Origin: Amoebophrya sp. A120 | Taxonomy: Eukaryota; Protista; Dinoflagellata | Length of the DNA stretch: 64,000 bases | Direction of reading: 5' to 3' | Assembly (NCBI GenBank): GCA_905178155.1 | Contig: CAJINV010000011.1 | Span: forward strand, 1,139,982 to 1,203,981 | In this document: piece after piece, positions 15,701 to 27,087 of the stretch | How the letters are laid out: every line of letters starts with the position of its first letter | Numbering within the stretch: position 1 is the first letter of the stretch | Translations under genes and position numbers: made by a program | Notes under the pieces: generated by a model | The model's input: the letters and a program-made list of their open reading frames with translations, nothing else | Databases searched by the model: none | Told to the model about the DNA's origin: nothing

Positions 15701-16942
15701 AGCAGTCTTGCTCTATTTGCATGCGGTTTGTCTTGGACTTGGTCCTCGTTTTTCTTTTGCATGATGCCAAGATGCATTGCAACCATACCCAATCAACACT
15801 TCTATCAGGATCCCCGCCGACTCGGTGGCTCCGACGTGCCTCTTCTAGTTTCCCAGGCCGGCACGAAGCGGCAGCGCCGCGCCCTCCGCAAATTTTTCGA
15901 GGGAAAGAAGAAGGCGGTTGAGCTAGAGAACAAGAAAAATTACAGTGACGACGAAGACGTTGAGGTGAAACCCATGACAGAACTAGAGCAGAAGATGGCG
16001 GAGAAAATTCTCCAGGAGACGAAAGAAACCTACCGAAAACGGGTAGTACAGTTAGAGCAGGAGAGAACATCATCAAATTCCGGTGTTGAGAATCTTCAGT
16101 CTTTCTCGTCCATTCGTCGCAAGCAGCAGGAACACTTGCCACGGAACGTGGCGTATTTGGATTTCGAAGTCCCGTTGGAGATGGCAGATCAACTACTCGC
16201 ACGCAGAAGAGCGTCCAGGGTGTACTACGAGGAGAATAACAAATCTCACGACGAAAGAACACAAGCAGCAGTAGTGGCTGCTTCGCAAGTGGAAAATGAT
16301 ACGTCGACAGGGAGGCCAGCAAATTTTGTCGACGCACCCTCATCGTCATCTGGGATTACACAGCCACCGCAACAACAGGGTGGAAATCCACCAACTCTCC
16401 TCCAAGACGAGGAAGATCGAGATATTGTCAACGCGGGACAGCCGCAAGAGGAACACCTTCCCCTTGCAGTTACCGCTTCATCTCCGCCACGACCAGCGGC
16501 CCAAAAGCCCAGCCAACACTCCAACTCACCCAGACGAAAAATGAAGGCCTCGTCGCCGCAAAAGCCGCAAATCCTGTCAGCGTTGGGTCGGGATCCCAAT
16601 GAGAACCAAACGAAAAACAACCTCGTCTTCGGGGAGCGCTACGATAGCTCCAGAAATGCCGGCGGGAGAAACATAAACAGTAAGATGACAGCCAGACCTA
16701 CCGTTTTCCCTGACGTTTTGAAGAGGCAGAAACGGAAACTGAGCGAAGGAACCGTTTTGGAAAATGCGAAAATTGACAACCTCTTGCGACCCCTGCGCAC
16801 GCAGCTTGACCGAGTGGCGGATATTTACGACCCGCCGGAGTATGATACTAGCGAGGAGGAAGAAGTGGCGGGGAAGAACGGGGAAGCAGCAGCTGTTGCA
16901 CCTCCGCAAGGTGGGCCCCCGGAAGCTGTTCCAGAGAATTGA
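708..16942 (+). CDS. Giant (~5188 aa) multi-cyclic-nucleotide-binding-domain protein; exons 708-9056, 9374-9552, 9768-15672, 15809-16942
   Basis: Joins ORFs 708..9110, 9380..9571, 9739..15702 and 15728..16942 in frame via one TIR intron (EL|AGVKEE) and two GT-AG introns (9553-9767, 15673-15808). Exons sum to 15567 nt (3n). cNMP-like motifs: FLYLIERGVVEV..GKSLGG (~6850-7050), LYFVYSGSCGIY..GGCIGEF..TVVARTDC (~8160-8370), plus degenerate copies near 10400-10720, 12620-13480 and 15050-15550. Confidence 0.8.
9057..9368. mobile_element. Introner-like TIR element / non-canonical intron (312 bp)
   Basis: ~58-bp TIR (TATGGAACTGTCAGGATCGAAATCGTCAAAGTTGAAATG... vs ...CATTTCAACTTTGACGATTTCGATCCTGACATTTCCATA, 3 mismatches). 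Direct repeat AACTA at 9052-9056 and 9369-9373. Removal with one repeat restores the frame. Confidence 0.92.
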
Positions 16943-18043
16943 GATCTCGATGCGGCGGACTTCTACTCTTAACTTTACGCAAAACACCAGTCATACGTAA
17001 TTCATGTAGAGATGAAAAATTAACATCATTTCTCACAAGTTCAAGTTTTAGAATGATATTGACCACACACGAGCCTATGTTGACCATAAGACAGATGAAA
17101 CCCATGAACAATTCCTCCACGAGTAAACGGCTTATAGTGCGCATTTTCTTTATTTTACATTTACTATGACAAAGAACCACAATGAATAAAATGAATCCAG
17201 TTGTTCCAGAGTGTGCTCATTTTTTGCTAGCCTTTGCCTTTAACCAAAGCCTCGTCGAATCCAACGGTCTTTATTTTTCCTTTTTCAAATTGAAGCGGTA
17301 GCGCTAGCGGTTTCATGTAAAATGTAACATCGTTTCTAGTAGTGAAAAAATAAGCGTAAAAAAAAAGGATTGACGGTACAGTAGTTTGAGTTTTGGCTTA
17401 TTAGTTGCGTTGTTGCACTTCTATGTCCTCTTTTTTCGCAGATTTGTACCAAAGAATTTGAATTTGCGTCAAATGAACAAGCATGAGCTTGCTGTAGTAC
17501 AACTAAAAATTACAAGCGACATAGAAAATTATTATCCCAGGTGGAGGAAGGCCAGAAACGTCGGTGTGGTTGACAAGTAGTCGATGCGTGTTTAGAGTTT
17601 GAGCCGGTTCCACCGCTGCCGTCGTATGAATAGTGCGAAAAAAGAACAGCGATCACAGATCGATCCCGACTAGACGACCAGAGTGAAGCAGTGGATGAGC
17701 GTCCTCCGAATTCATTCTTTATTTCCGTCACAGTCTGAGACTTTGAGTTTGACGTTGACCTGCGTTGAAAATGCATTTCGATTTCTCTTCTCAGAAGCAA
17801 TCTGAATTCCACTGGTGCTAAACCGCTCCGTGGACGGTACCGTGTGTCGTCTCTCTGACGCTCATCTAACTATGAAGTCAAAAACAAGAAGATAGAGACC
17901 CTTTTTGAATAGGAGGAACCTCGACGCGGCGGACAGCAAAGCCTGTCACCGTGACGGGTTCTACCAGTATCTTGTGAAAAGAGAAACTAAACAACATCAA
18001 CATCTACAGTACCTCTACATCCAACAGCTCCTACTTCAACAGG

Positions 18044-21000
18044 ATGGAAGACGTCCAGCCAGCATCGCAAAATGTTGTAGTCGCGGCAGGCGGGGGGGAA
18101 CTACTTCGTCAGGCAGATGAGGCCGACGTAAAGTTGTCAAAGCAAATCAAAGAAAAGGATGAACAGCTGGTTTCGGACGACCGCGTCGCTGCAGTAGCCA
18201 TGGAAGTGGTTGACAACTCTGAAACCAGCGTGGGGGGCGGAAAAAAGCAACAAGAAAACGAAAAAGAGAGTCGCCAGGAGAAGCAGGCCGCCGACAACTC
18301 CGTAAACGAAGCATCGAAGGTGGTTGATTCCAAGTCTACTTCCAAAGCCGCTGCTTCCGCTCCGCCAATGAAGGCGATGAAGGCCGCTGCCGCAATGAAA
18401 GTGGCTCCACCGATGAAGCAAGCAAAAGCTGCTGCTGCTCCACCGATGAAGGTCATGAAATCTGCTCCTCCTGCTGCAAGAGGAAATAAAGCTGCCAGCT
18501 CCAAAGCCGCAACCGCAGCGAGCAGCAAAGAAACATCAAACCACGTAGTTGACGCTGTTGAAGAAGACGCTGCTGATGCTGACGTGGAAATGAAGCCTGT
18601 GAGCGAAGACGAGGACGAAATGAAAATAACCGAACAGCAAGAAGCCCCGAAAAAGAACGGCGCGTCGAAAGTAAGTGGTAAAAAGAATATTAAAGCTTCG
18701 GCTGAACAAGTTGTACCAGCAGCAGGGGGCAAAAAATCATCAAGCTCAAGTAGTTCGTCCTCTGCCTCCTCTTCCTCTTCTTCCGCGACCACAGCAGCTG
18801 CTGCTGCGGCCAGTACTACAACTGCCACAGCAAGTGCTGGGGCTGTCGACCCCGCCAACCCGCACTTGAAAGTGAAGATCGGTCATGTTAGTCAGAACGA
18901 GGATACTGAGATGGCAAAAAACCAACCGCGTGAAGATGCCACTGCGTTCGCAAAGCTGGATCCGACCGAGAAATTCCTCGACGCACTGAAGCGGGAACAC
19001 TGGAAGGACGTTTGTGAGACGTTTGCAGGTACTGATGTGGCGTTCTCGTTTTCATCTCGAACAAGACGAGATGCAATTTTTGTAGAAAATTTGTATTGGT
19101 GACTTGTGATTCTGATTTCGATGAACGCGAGGGTATGATAAAGAAAAAACATAATGTCACGGTCACCAGTCTGATACAGCAAAACCAAAAGCTGCTGCAT
19201 GCAAAAAACCTCTTCAAAAACACAGCCCTCCCCGCCGAGACGCAGTGGAAAGTTCTGTTGCAGGAGACGCAGAAAATGACGTTTCCGTGTTCCCCGAACC
19301 GCAACAACATCTATTTTATGCATTGCAAATATGTCTGAGTCTGGAAAGATGGAACTTGTGATGCGTGTTGCAGATCATAAAAAAATCTGTGTTGCATGAC
19401 TTGCAAAAGGTGCCCATTTCTGGCCAACCTGAGAGGGCATTTCTAATGCATTTCTCGCGCAGAAAAGGCATCACCAAGAGGCTGCAGAACCTGTGATGCT
19501 GGGCCCTGCATTCCAGACTTGTGGTAGCTTGGAAAAACTGCATGACAAATTTTGAAATCTTCGAGACCCAGACATTTTTGCAATTCATCTATTTGAACAC
19601 CGCAAAAGAGGACGAACTGGGCGTCGGGGTCACCGGCGGTGTGGACAAACGCAAAACGCGGCCCTTTTTCAATCTCGGCCTGCAAGCCTGCCGCCCGCTG
19701 GGAAAGTGCTCCAAGGCCATGCGGGAAGCGGATGGACGGAAGTTGAGCCTCCTGGTCAATGTCATGATGAAGTGCGGCAAAGACAGGGCATATGCTGTGT
19801 AAAAACGTCCCCAACCCATTGTCAAGATGGGAAATCTGCAACACAAATCTCCAAACTTTGGGAGTTCTGCATGACAAGTCTCCATCTGCAGTGTAGTGCT
19901 GGTTAACAAGGAGAGCCGCAAGAGAAAGCCATTTTTTCATCCTGTTTACAGCATTACAAATACCAAAACACGACTGAAAATGCATCATATGGAGATGCGC
20001 ACTACAAGTGTTTCTGTCATTGCGCATGTGCGTGTCAACTCTGGGGTGAGAACGTTTTTACAAATGATAGGGCACCGATGACCGTCACAGCCCGGGAGGA
20101 CTGGTGGTATTCGAGCTGCACGGTTAACCGCGGCGGGATTACCAATGTAAAAGTGAGTATATAAGTAAGTAAAAAGCTGTTGTGTGACTCCCGAACCCGA
20201 TTCAGGAAGGTTTGAGCGCATGGCATGCTCGGTTTCTTGCTATCTTTCACGATGTAGTGTTGGCTGCTCAGGGAGATGAAAACCACTAAAATCAGATCCA
20301 TGTCGACGATGGCAACCTGGGCCCCAGCCGACTTTTCGCCTGGGGGAAGGGCTTTGTGGGTGGACAAACGCTGCGCATGGCAGAGGCGTCGGAGGTTGAC
20401 GCTCTCGGCGTCGACGGGGTGGAATGGTACCCCTGTCCGCGGGAAGCGCGCCTGGTGCCCAAAAGCCTGCAGGAAAGGGCGAGGGACTTCGGAAATGGGA
20501 AAACCGAGCTAAAGCCGTTTAAGTAATCAGAACTTGTCGCTTAGTCCTCCTCTCAAGTACATCTACATCCGAATTGTTGCGCTTCGATGCTTTTTCCGAC
20601 TTAGCGTGAGAGATGTACGTAGCACGCACTGCAGCCACTCCTAATCACATTCACAGGTTCATGCGCATGAGCGACCGGAAGATTTTGATCTGCGACAAGA
20701 ATTTTGTCGACGAGTCTGCGGACACAGAGGCGACACTCCTTGATATCGCCTTGCCAATGGTCCTACGCATTGCAAAAGATCTATCGTACTAGAACTAGTA
20801 TACAAATACATGACATGATGACAAGTTTTTCCAAAACAAAAAATGGAGTGCATCATGCTGAATCTCAATCTTGATCTTGTTCAGGTATAAAAAAAGGATT
20901 AGATCCATCTGTAATGCGAGACTGGCATTTATATGTATTTATGCGAGTGCGATAGAACTTTTGCACAGGATACATCAGACTTACCTCCCTACACAGACTC

Positions 21001-22992
21001 GGCGACTTCGACGGAAAATTACCGCACGCCACCGCGCCGGTTTTTCCGGCTAGCTGGCGAGACCATCCGGAGGAAAGGCCGGCGTCAATCCGCGACTGCA
21101 AGAACCTGGAGTGGGCTTCCTCCCCCGAGGAGGCAAAAAACCTGATGGACGCAGCGAACGCCTGGGCGGGCGGGCAGGGCGCGGCGAAATCTGGGACCGA
21201 CATCGTCCGGTACGTGTGTGTCTTCTATCCGCACGGCTGCGCCGTCCCGAGCAAGTGCATCGAGCGGTCCTGCGACGTGGTGGCCAGTCTCGGTTTCGAG
21301 AAACTGCGCGAGCCCTGGTCGCTCGAAGCCCGGAAAAATTTCGACCAGTACAAGGAGCGCGTGAATGTGCACGGGAATAAGGGCGTTACGGTCAAAGTGG
21401 GTGGGAAGGATGTGGTCTACATGGGCGGCAAGGCGCACCTGCGCAGCGACAAGATGAAGGACGAGGAGAACGAGATCCAAGAGAAGGTACAGCAAAAACT
21501 CGGGAAGAGCTACGTGGTGCCGAAAAACTTCGTTTCGAACCACGCAGCTTTTGAAGAAAACCCCTGGTACATGTACGACAACATATTTCGGGAAGAAGGT
21601 TTTGCGGACAGTGTGCGGAAAATGCAACTACTGAACGGGAATGTGACGCAGATGGACCACAACGCTCCGGGAGCACATGATGGCGAACAAAACGAAAATG
21701 AAGATGATGACGGGGAAATAAACAGCGAGAACTCTGAAGAAGATGCAGCTCCTGCTGATGGTACAACAGGGAATGGAGCTGGTGCGAAAAAGAAAACGAA
21801 GAAAGTCCGCACTGCGAAGTCGGAAACCGAGCAGGCGCGCCGGATGATGCGCGCTCCTTTCCGTGCGGTCGAGGGGCGGGTATTGTCCTGGTTCAACGGG
21901 GAAAAGCCGACTGGTAGCGGTGACCTCGTAGGCACAGATGAAAACGGCCCACTTCCATCCACTTTGTCATGCAAAACGCGCATAAAATTCCGTGTCTATC
22001 ATGCAAAAAATGGATGGGGATGGTTTTTTTTCTGTGGATACCTCGGTCTGTTCTGCTACCGGGACCACCCGCCCAACTGGTGGTGGATCCGGCCGCCGCA
22101 CGCCGAAGCGCGGAACGTGCAGCCGGTTTTGGATTTGATGGAGCTGGCGTTTGGCCGCATCGACAAGGATCACTACAAGCAACTCCGGGAGGACCAGAAT
22201 CTCACCCGCGACGAGGCGCTTAAGATCGTCAAGTGGGCGAAGACGCCACTCAAGGTTGGCATTTCCACCAAGAAACTGGAGCTGTCGGTGCGGGCGACTG
22301 TGGATAAGAACGGCGATCCGCTGGAGAAGGCAGTTTTGGACAAGGACGGGGAGCCGGTGTTGCACCCTTTGACCGGAAAGCCGAAGATGAAGCAGACGGG
22401 CGGCACGTGGAGAATCCTTCTGTCCGCGCGGACGGAGGGCGAATTCGCGCGACCGCAGCTGCACAAAAAGGGGCATTGGGGGAAGTGGGAAAAAGACCGA
22501 AATGCAGACTTTGTGCGCGAGGACACGCTGTCAGAAATCGAACTGGAGGAGCAGTTGAAAGAACATAAGAAGGAACTGAAGAAAAAGAAGGACGATGCGG
22601 GGGCGGGCGACACTGCGACGGCGAAAGGGAAAAAGGAACCGATGAAGAAAAGCGGTATTAAGCTGGTGGGGAAAAAAGCAAAGGGCGATAAAGTAGCAGG
22701 GGACGCCGGGGAGCAGGGCAATGCTGATACAACTGGTGCGGAAGGGGGTCCGGCGGCGGCGGGAAAGAAGATGGTAGCAAAGCGACCACGGGGTAGACCA
22801 CGGGGTAGCAAGAAGGCAGGACTCGAAGATTTATCGCTGCAAAATGACGAAGCAGAAGCTGAAGTGGAAATGCAGTCGTCCCCGGAGAACAAAAAGAGCA
22901 AAAAGCAAGGCGCGCTGGCGTCATCATCCTCATCCTCCTCAGCGGTTCAGAAAAAAGATCCATTCCAGGCTGTGAAAAAAGCGAACAACTGA
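18044..22992 (+). CDS. 2OG-Fe(II) dioxygenase-like protein (TET/JBP-like motifs) with C-terminal AT-hook, ~1193 aa; exons 18044-19028, 19226-19316, 19595-19790, 20075-20152, 20296-20522, 20657-20763, 20978-21928, 22046-22992
   Basis: Three GT-AG introns (19029-19225, 20153-20295, 20523-20656) and four TIR introns. Exons sum to 3582 nt (3n). The spliced product reads WYSSCTVN..KIHVDDGNLGPS..GFVGG..FDGKLPHAT..RYVCVFY (HxD..H..R signature). KRPRGRPRGS AT-hook at 22780-22809. Confidence 0.72.
19317..19589. mobile_element. Introner-like TIR element (273 bp), same family as 38270 and 59610
   Basis: Ends TATGCATTGCAAATATGTCTGAGTCT / AGACCCAGACATTTTTGCAATTCATC. Direct repeat TATTT at 19312-19316 and 19590-19594. 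Excision gives NNIY|LNTAKEDE in frame. Confidence 0.88.
19791..20069. mobile_element. Introner-like TIR element (279 bp)
   Basis: Ends TATGCTGTGTAAAAACGT / ACGTTTTTACAAATGATA. Direct repeat GGGCA at 19786-19790 and 20070-20074. Excision gives KDRA|PMTVTARED. Confidence 0.85.
20764..20972. mobile_element. Introner-like TIR element (209 bp) with decayed direct repeat
   Basis: Ends TACGCATTGCAAAAGATCTATCG / CGATAGAACTTTTGCACAGGATA. Flanks GGTCC and CATCA match at only 2/5, but removing the element plus 5 nt joins in frame to the 21145 ORF (PMVRLTSLHRLGDFDG). Confidence 0.65.
21929..22040. mobile_element. Short introner-like TIR element (112 bp) hidden in frame inside ORF 21145..22992
   Basis: Degenerate TIR (TAGGCACAGATGAAAAC..CCATCCACTTTGTCATG / CATGCAAAAAATGGATGG..TTTTCTGTGGATA). 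Direct repeat CCTCG at 21924-21928 and 22041-22045. 112+5=117 nt, no in-frame stop. Confidence 0.75.
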
Positions 22993-23861
22993 ACTTAGAA
23001 TTTGACAATGGATTGTTATAATCCACCACGACGTTGATCATGAAGCAACGATAGCCCCGATAGGTTCCGCTTCAGTATTCTATTCATGTTTGCGGACGTG
23101 TATAAGCACGTGCTTTTTTTCGAAATCAGGAACGAAAATTTGAGGAAACGAAGTATCGTGATGGTTTGTTGAATTTTTAACACCGAAAATAAATTCTTGT
23201 TGTGAAAAAATCTTTTTCAGAAAGGTCTGAAAATTTCAGTTCTTGGTCTACTGGACTACACGAAGTGCTCCTTTACGCGCAGTCGTGATAGTACATCTGG
23301 GACGAGAAGCTGCGGGGAGCCAGAGTGACGATGAAGATGAAATTGCCTATAGAAGAACAACAACCACATTGCTTTTGCTTCATGGTTATTTCCGTACCAC
23401 GATGACTAATCACATGTACGTTTTTTTCACGTGTCAGTCCGCCTCTGCCTGGCGCCTCAGACATTTTGTTGGTTGTCCGTAACCGTTGCTTCGGACGACC
23501 AGATGGAATCCCACGGCGGTTCAACATGCGTGGTTGATACGTAGTTGTAGAAAGACGAGCAGCAGGTACAAATTAGCAATGTTGTAGCTGCGAACAGGAT
23601 GGAGAGTCCGCAGTGAGCGACCCACGGCAACAAAGAGGGTCGTGACATGTTTTGGGTGACACACTACAAGCGGCCTCGCAGTCTACACTTGTCGTGTCCT
23701 CCAGCACCTTGTTCGTTGCTTTTGTGAGATGAAGAAATAAGTAAAGTACGCCGAAGGTGAAGGTCTAGAACGGAGATGAAGACATGTCAATGGTTTTTTT
23801 CACTCTGAAATAGCTGAGTCGTGGTTTTCTCTAAAAATACTTTCCGCGCTTGAACCCCAAG

Positions 23862-25150
23862 ATGGCAACATTAGCGTCTCCCGAAGCAGGTCCTGGCGCA
23901 ACCACCTCTGGTCCGCACTGCAAGCTCAAGCTCTCCCTCTGGGGTTTTGAATCACGCTCGTCCGGAATCCGGGCATTGCGCATCGTTCGCACTAACGATA
24001 ACAGCGACCACAAGACACGCGCCGAAACAAGTGCAGCCGTGGATGAAGAAAAAAATGGAAGACGTCAAGATGCCCCCGCTAGTTGTGCCGCGCTCCTGGC
24101 TTCCATAAATCTTCCTGCCGCGGCCGCCACCACGGACTGGCGCTCCCGCGCAACACCGCTCGCAAGGAGCACGATTGTGGTCGAAATGTTGGCGAACGCG
24201 AAGAACCGTGATGCATTTTGTGATGTGAACGAAGAACAAGTAGATGGGCATCAAACCTCCAGTTGTAACGACGCACATTCCACATTGCGCGACGAAGTCT
24301 GGCGGCTGGAGCTTTTTGAGCACGAACTGCCAATACAACCACGAGAAGATGCTGGTGCAGCCGGAATAGAAGAGTCGTCACATGCCGCCCCGGTGTGCTC
24401 GTCTGCTCACGGAGAAGAAAAATCAAACCCTAAATACACGATGCTTTTCCCGCTCTCCGCCTGTAAGGACCTGTTTCGCAGCAATCCGGATAGCGTCGAT
24501 CAAGACCGGAAATGGCGGGGGCTGGTGCCGTTCGCAGAGACCGAGCAAGTAGCGAAGATGAACGCGGGGGCTCCGGAGGAGGCAGAGACCTTCCTGACGC
24601 AAGTGGTCGCTGGAAATCTCGGGAAACAGAAGCTAGACATGGAAATTCGTATTTTTATACTGAAGAGCTTTAAGTATTATCATGATCATTATGATCAGTT
24701 GGCGTGAAGATGATTTTTGTTCTGGTTTTGCAAAAATTTTATGCACGACCACGAGGTGGATGTGGAGGAGTAGCAGAAAATCAAAATATTTTGTGTGTCT
24801 ATTCAGACGAAAGCGGAATCGCTATCGTTGCTCCAAGAAAAGTACTGTGCTTTTCATATACAGATCTTCTCGAATGGTCCACCGGCGCCGTTGTGGACGA
24901 ACCGTTCGTCCCCAGCTACGTGGAGCCCGAAGAAGCGCAGCTAGATCGGGGAAGGGACTTGTATTCGGTATTGCTGTCGCTTCAGCAGGATGAACATGAA
25001 GCCGAACCCGAACTCGACCCAGGGTTAAAAAGACAGGAGGAAGCAGGAATAATAGCACAACCAGCTCCTCCACCTGTGGCTGCAGCTCAACAAAAAGGAT
25101 TTCTGTATAACATGATGCACATGAACCTTCACATTGGCGCAAGTAATTGA
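23862..25150 (+). CDS. Hypothetical protein, ~376 aa; exons 23862-24648, 24807-25150
   Basis: GT-AG intron 24649-24806 joins ORFs 23850..24707 and 24704..25150 in frame (MEI|HESGIAI). No family recognised. Confidence 0.65.
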
Positions 25151-25645
25151 CAGACATCAACAACTTCTGAATTAATATTTCTCAAAGATTAGCGCTTGAT
25201 GTTCCTTCGCTTCTTGGTCAGCGGGATTTTGCAGACGCTAAACCACGTGAACTTTACTTATCTGCTTCGGTCGTCTCGAACTCGATGTGCTTTTGGATCT
25301 GCATCTGGTTGAAGTTGATTATGGTTTTGCAAAAAGAAAAATGCCGGGGTCCTCGTTCGTCGTGTGGGCCGTGTGTACTTACACTTAGGAAGCCAAGCAG
25401 CCTGTGGATTTTTTTTGCCGGCCCCTCTGCTCCTGGAAATAGAAATTGGACAAATTCAAAGTATTGGCAGTGGCTTGTCTGCCTGAGTCGTACTTCTAGG
25501 TTTCCACTCGGATATTTCGTACCCTTTGCCTTTCCTTTTCCATGTAGACGCGAAGAACTTAGTCAGAAATAGAACTTCAACTTCTTCACCGTGCAAAGAA
25601 AGATCTAGACTCCCTACCTTGGTAAAGAGCAACAGAAAAATAAAA

Positions 25646-26336
25646 ATGTCGCCACTCCCTACAATTACGCTCCTCAGAGCGGCAACAGCGGTTCTCATTC
25701 TCTCCGTTGACCTCGTTTGGGCCGAGTGTTGTTTTCGCATCGGATACGGGGTGCGCATGAAGCCGTGCTGTCTGAAAATTTTGGACAACTGCGACGAGTT
25801 TAACAAACAACGGCAAACACTGGGAGGCACAATCGGCAGAAGTCCAACCCAGTGTCCCGCCACCGCCGATGCAGCAGCGATCATGATTCGGGGAGTATAT
25901 TATAATTGGTTCTGTGTTCGATCTAGTTGTATTGGCAAGTAGTTCCAGTTGCTGTCAGTGTCATCTCTGGTGCTCTTTCATTGCTCTTGCAGCAATACAA
26001 CCGATGAATTTGAATCGTAAAAATACAACACGACTCGTCAATAAGCTTATTTTTCTTTTATCACAGCCCCACAGCGTCGGCGTCGCCGACTCACCCACGG
26101 CAACCAAGAATCTGTTGCTGAACGAACAGAAAGCATCAGCATCACAAGGCGCAAGCGAAAAGCCTTTTTTCTCCACAACGTCACTCTCCAGCCTCTGCCT
26201 AATTCTTGCCGCGGTGGCGGCAATTGCCGCGATCATCATCGCGTTCGCGCGGAAACGGAGCCCCCTGCTGACGCAAAGGCTTCTCGGAAGAACGGAAATG
26301 ACCGGCGCGGCGGGCGGGGAGGCACCCGTGGAGTGA
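25646..26336 (+). CDS. Small Cys-rich single-pass membrane/secreted protein, ~172 aa; exons 25646-25894, 26067-26336
   Basis: Hydrophobic signal-like N-terminus (LLRAATAVLILSVDLVWA), CC..CC..C..C ectodomain, TM segment LCLILAAVAAIAAIIIAFA followed by RKR. GT-AG intron 25895-26066, phase 0. Confidence 0.65.
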
Positions 26337-27087
26337 TTCTGCATTTGAAACGAATGCAGGTTGAACTAGGTAGTGGTTGCTGCAAGAAGAGGACGATTCG
26401 GATTTACACACAATTAGTGATAACGCGGGGTCCGCAGCAGCAAATGGCATTTGATTTAAGAATGTGAATGTCAACGTGCCCCTGTTGACCGCCGCGGCCG
26501 GCTAATGCACACACAGTAGATGATACAATCGAAATCAAACACAAATTCCGCAAGTATTCGGCCTACATCTGTTGATAGGGCGATGTTGTATCGCATCCTC
26601 TGCTACTCCTGAATGTTCTACCGCCGACGTTCTTTTTCCTTCGTACTACTACGGCTACCGAGTATTTCTAGTTTCTTGCCAACGAGCGCACCTTGAGTCG
26701 AGGGGGCAGGTGGTGCGTGACTTCTTCTAATTGCATGCTGGGTTGCGGTTGTGTCGCTGGTGAGCACGGCTTGATGTGCAGGTGGTTGCTGGTTTTTTTG
26801 TTCTTGCGTATCTCGTCTTCAGTCTTGCCCGCAGTAGAAATGATCAAAATACAAATAGATGAATAGTCATGCGGTTGTAGTTGTTTGCGGCCACAACTAC
26901 ATAGTACCAGAAAGCTCATTTCTGCGCAACAGAATTTGGCGCTTCCACGTATAATGCCAACGACCCATTGGCATTGCACTGATGACGAGAAATGATTTGC
27001 GCAGCAAGTTGAGCACAGCCTCAATTTTCATCTTTCAGTAACAGTAATTGAAAGACGCCTGCTTCGCCGGGCAGGCTTCTTGTCAAG

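Noticed and set aside
15673-15808. CATG-rich canonical introns (also 9553-9767) as decayed introners
   Set aside because: No convincing TIR or direct repeat, and clean GT-AG ends already explain them.
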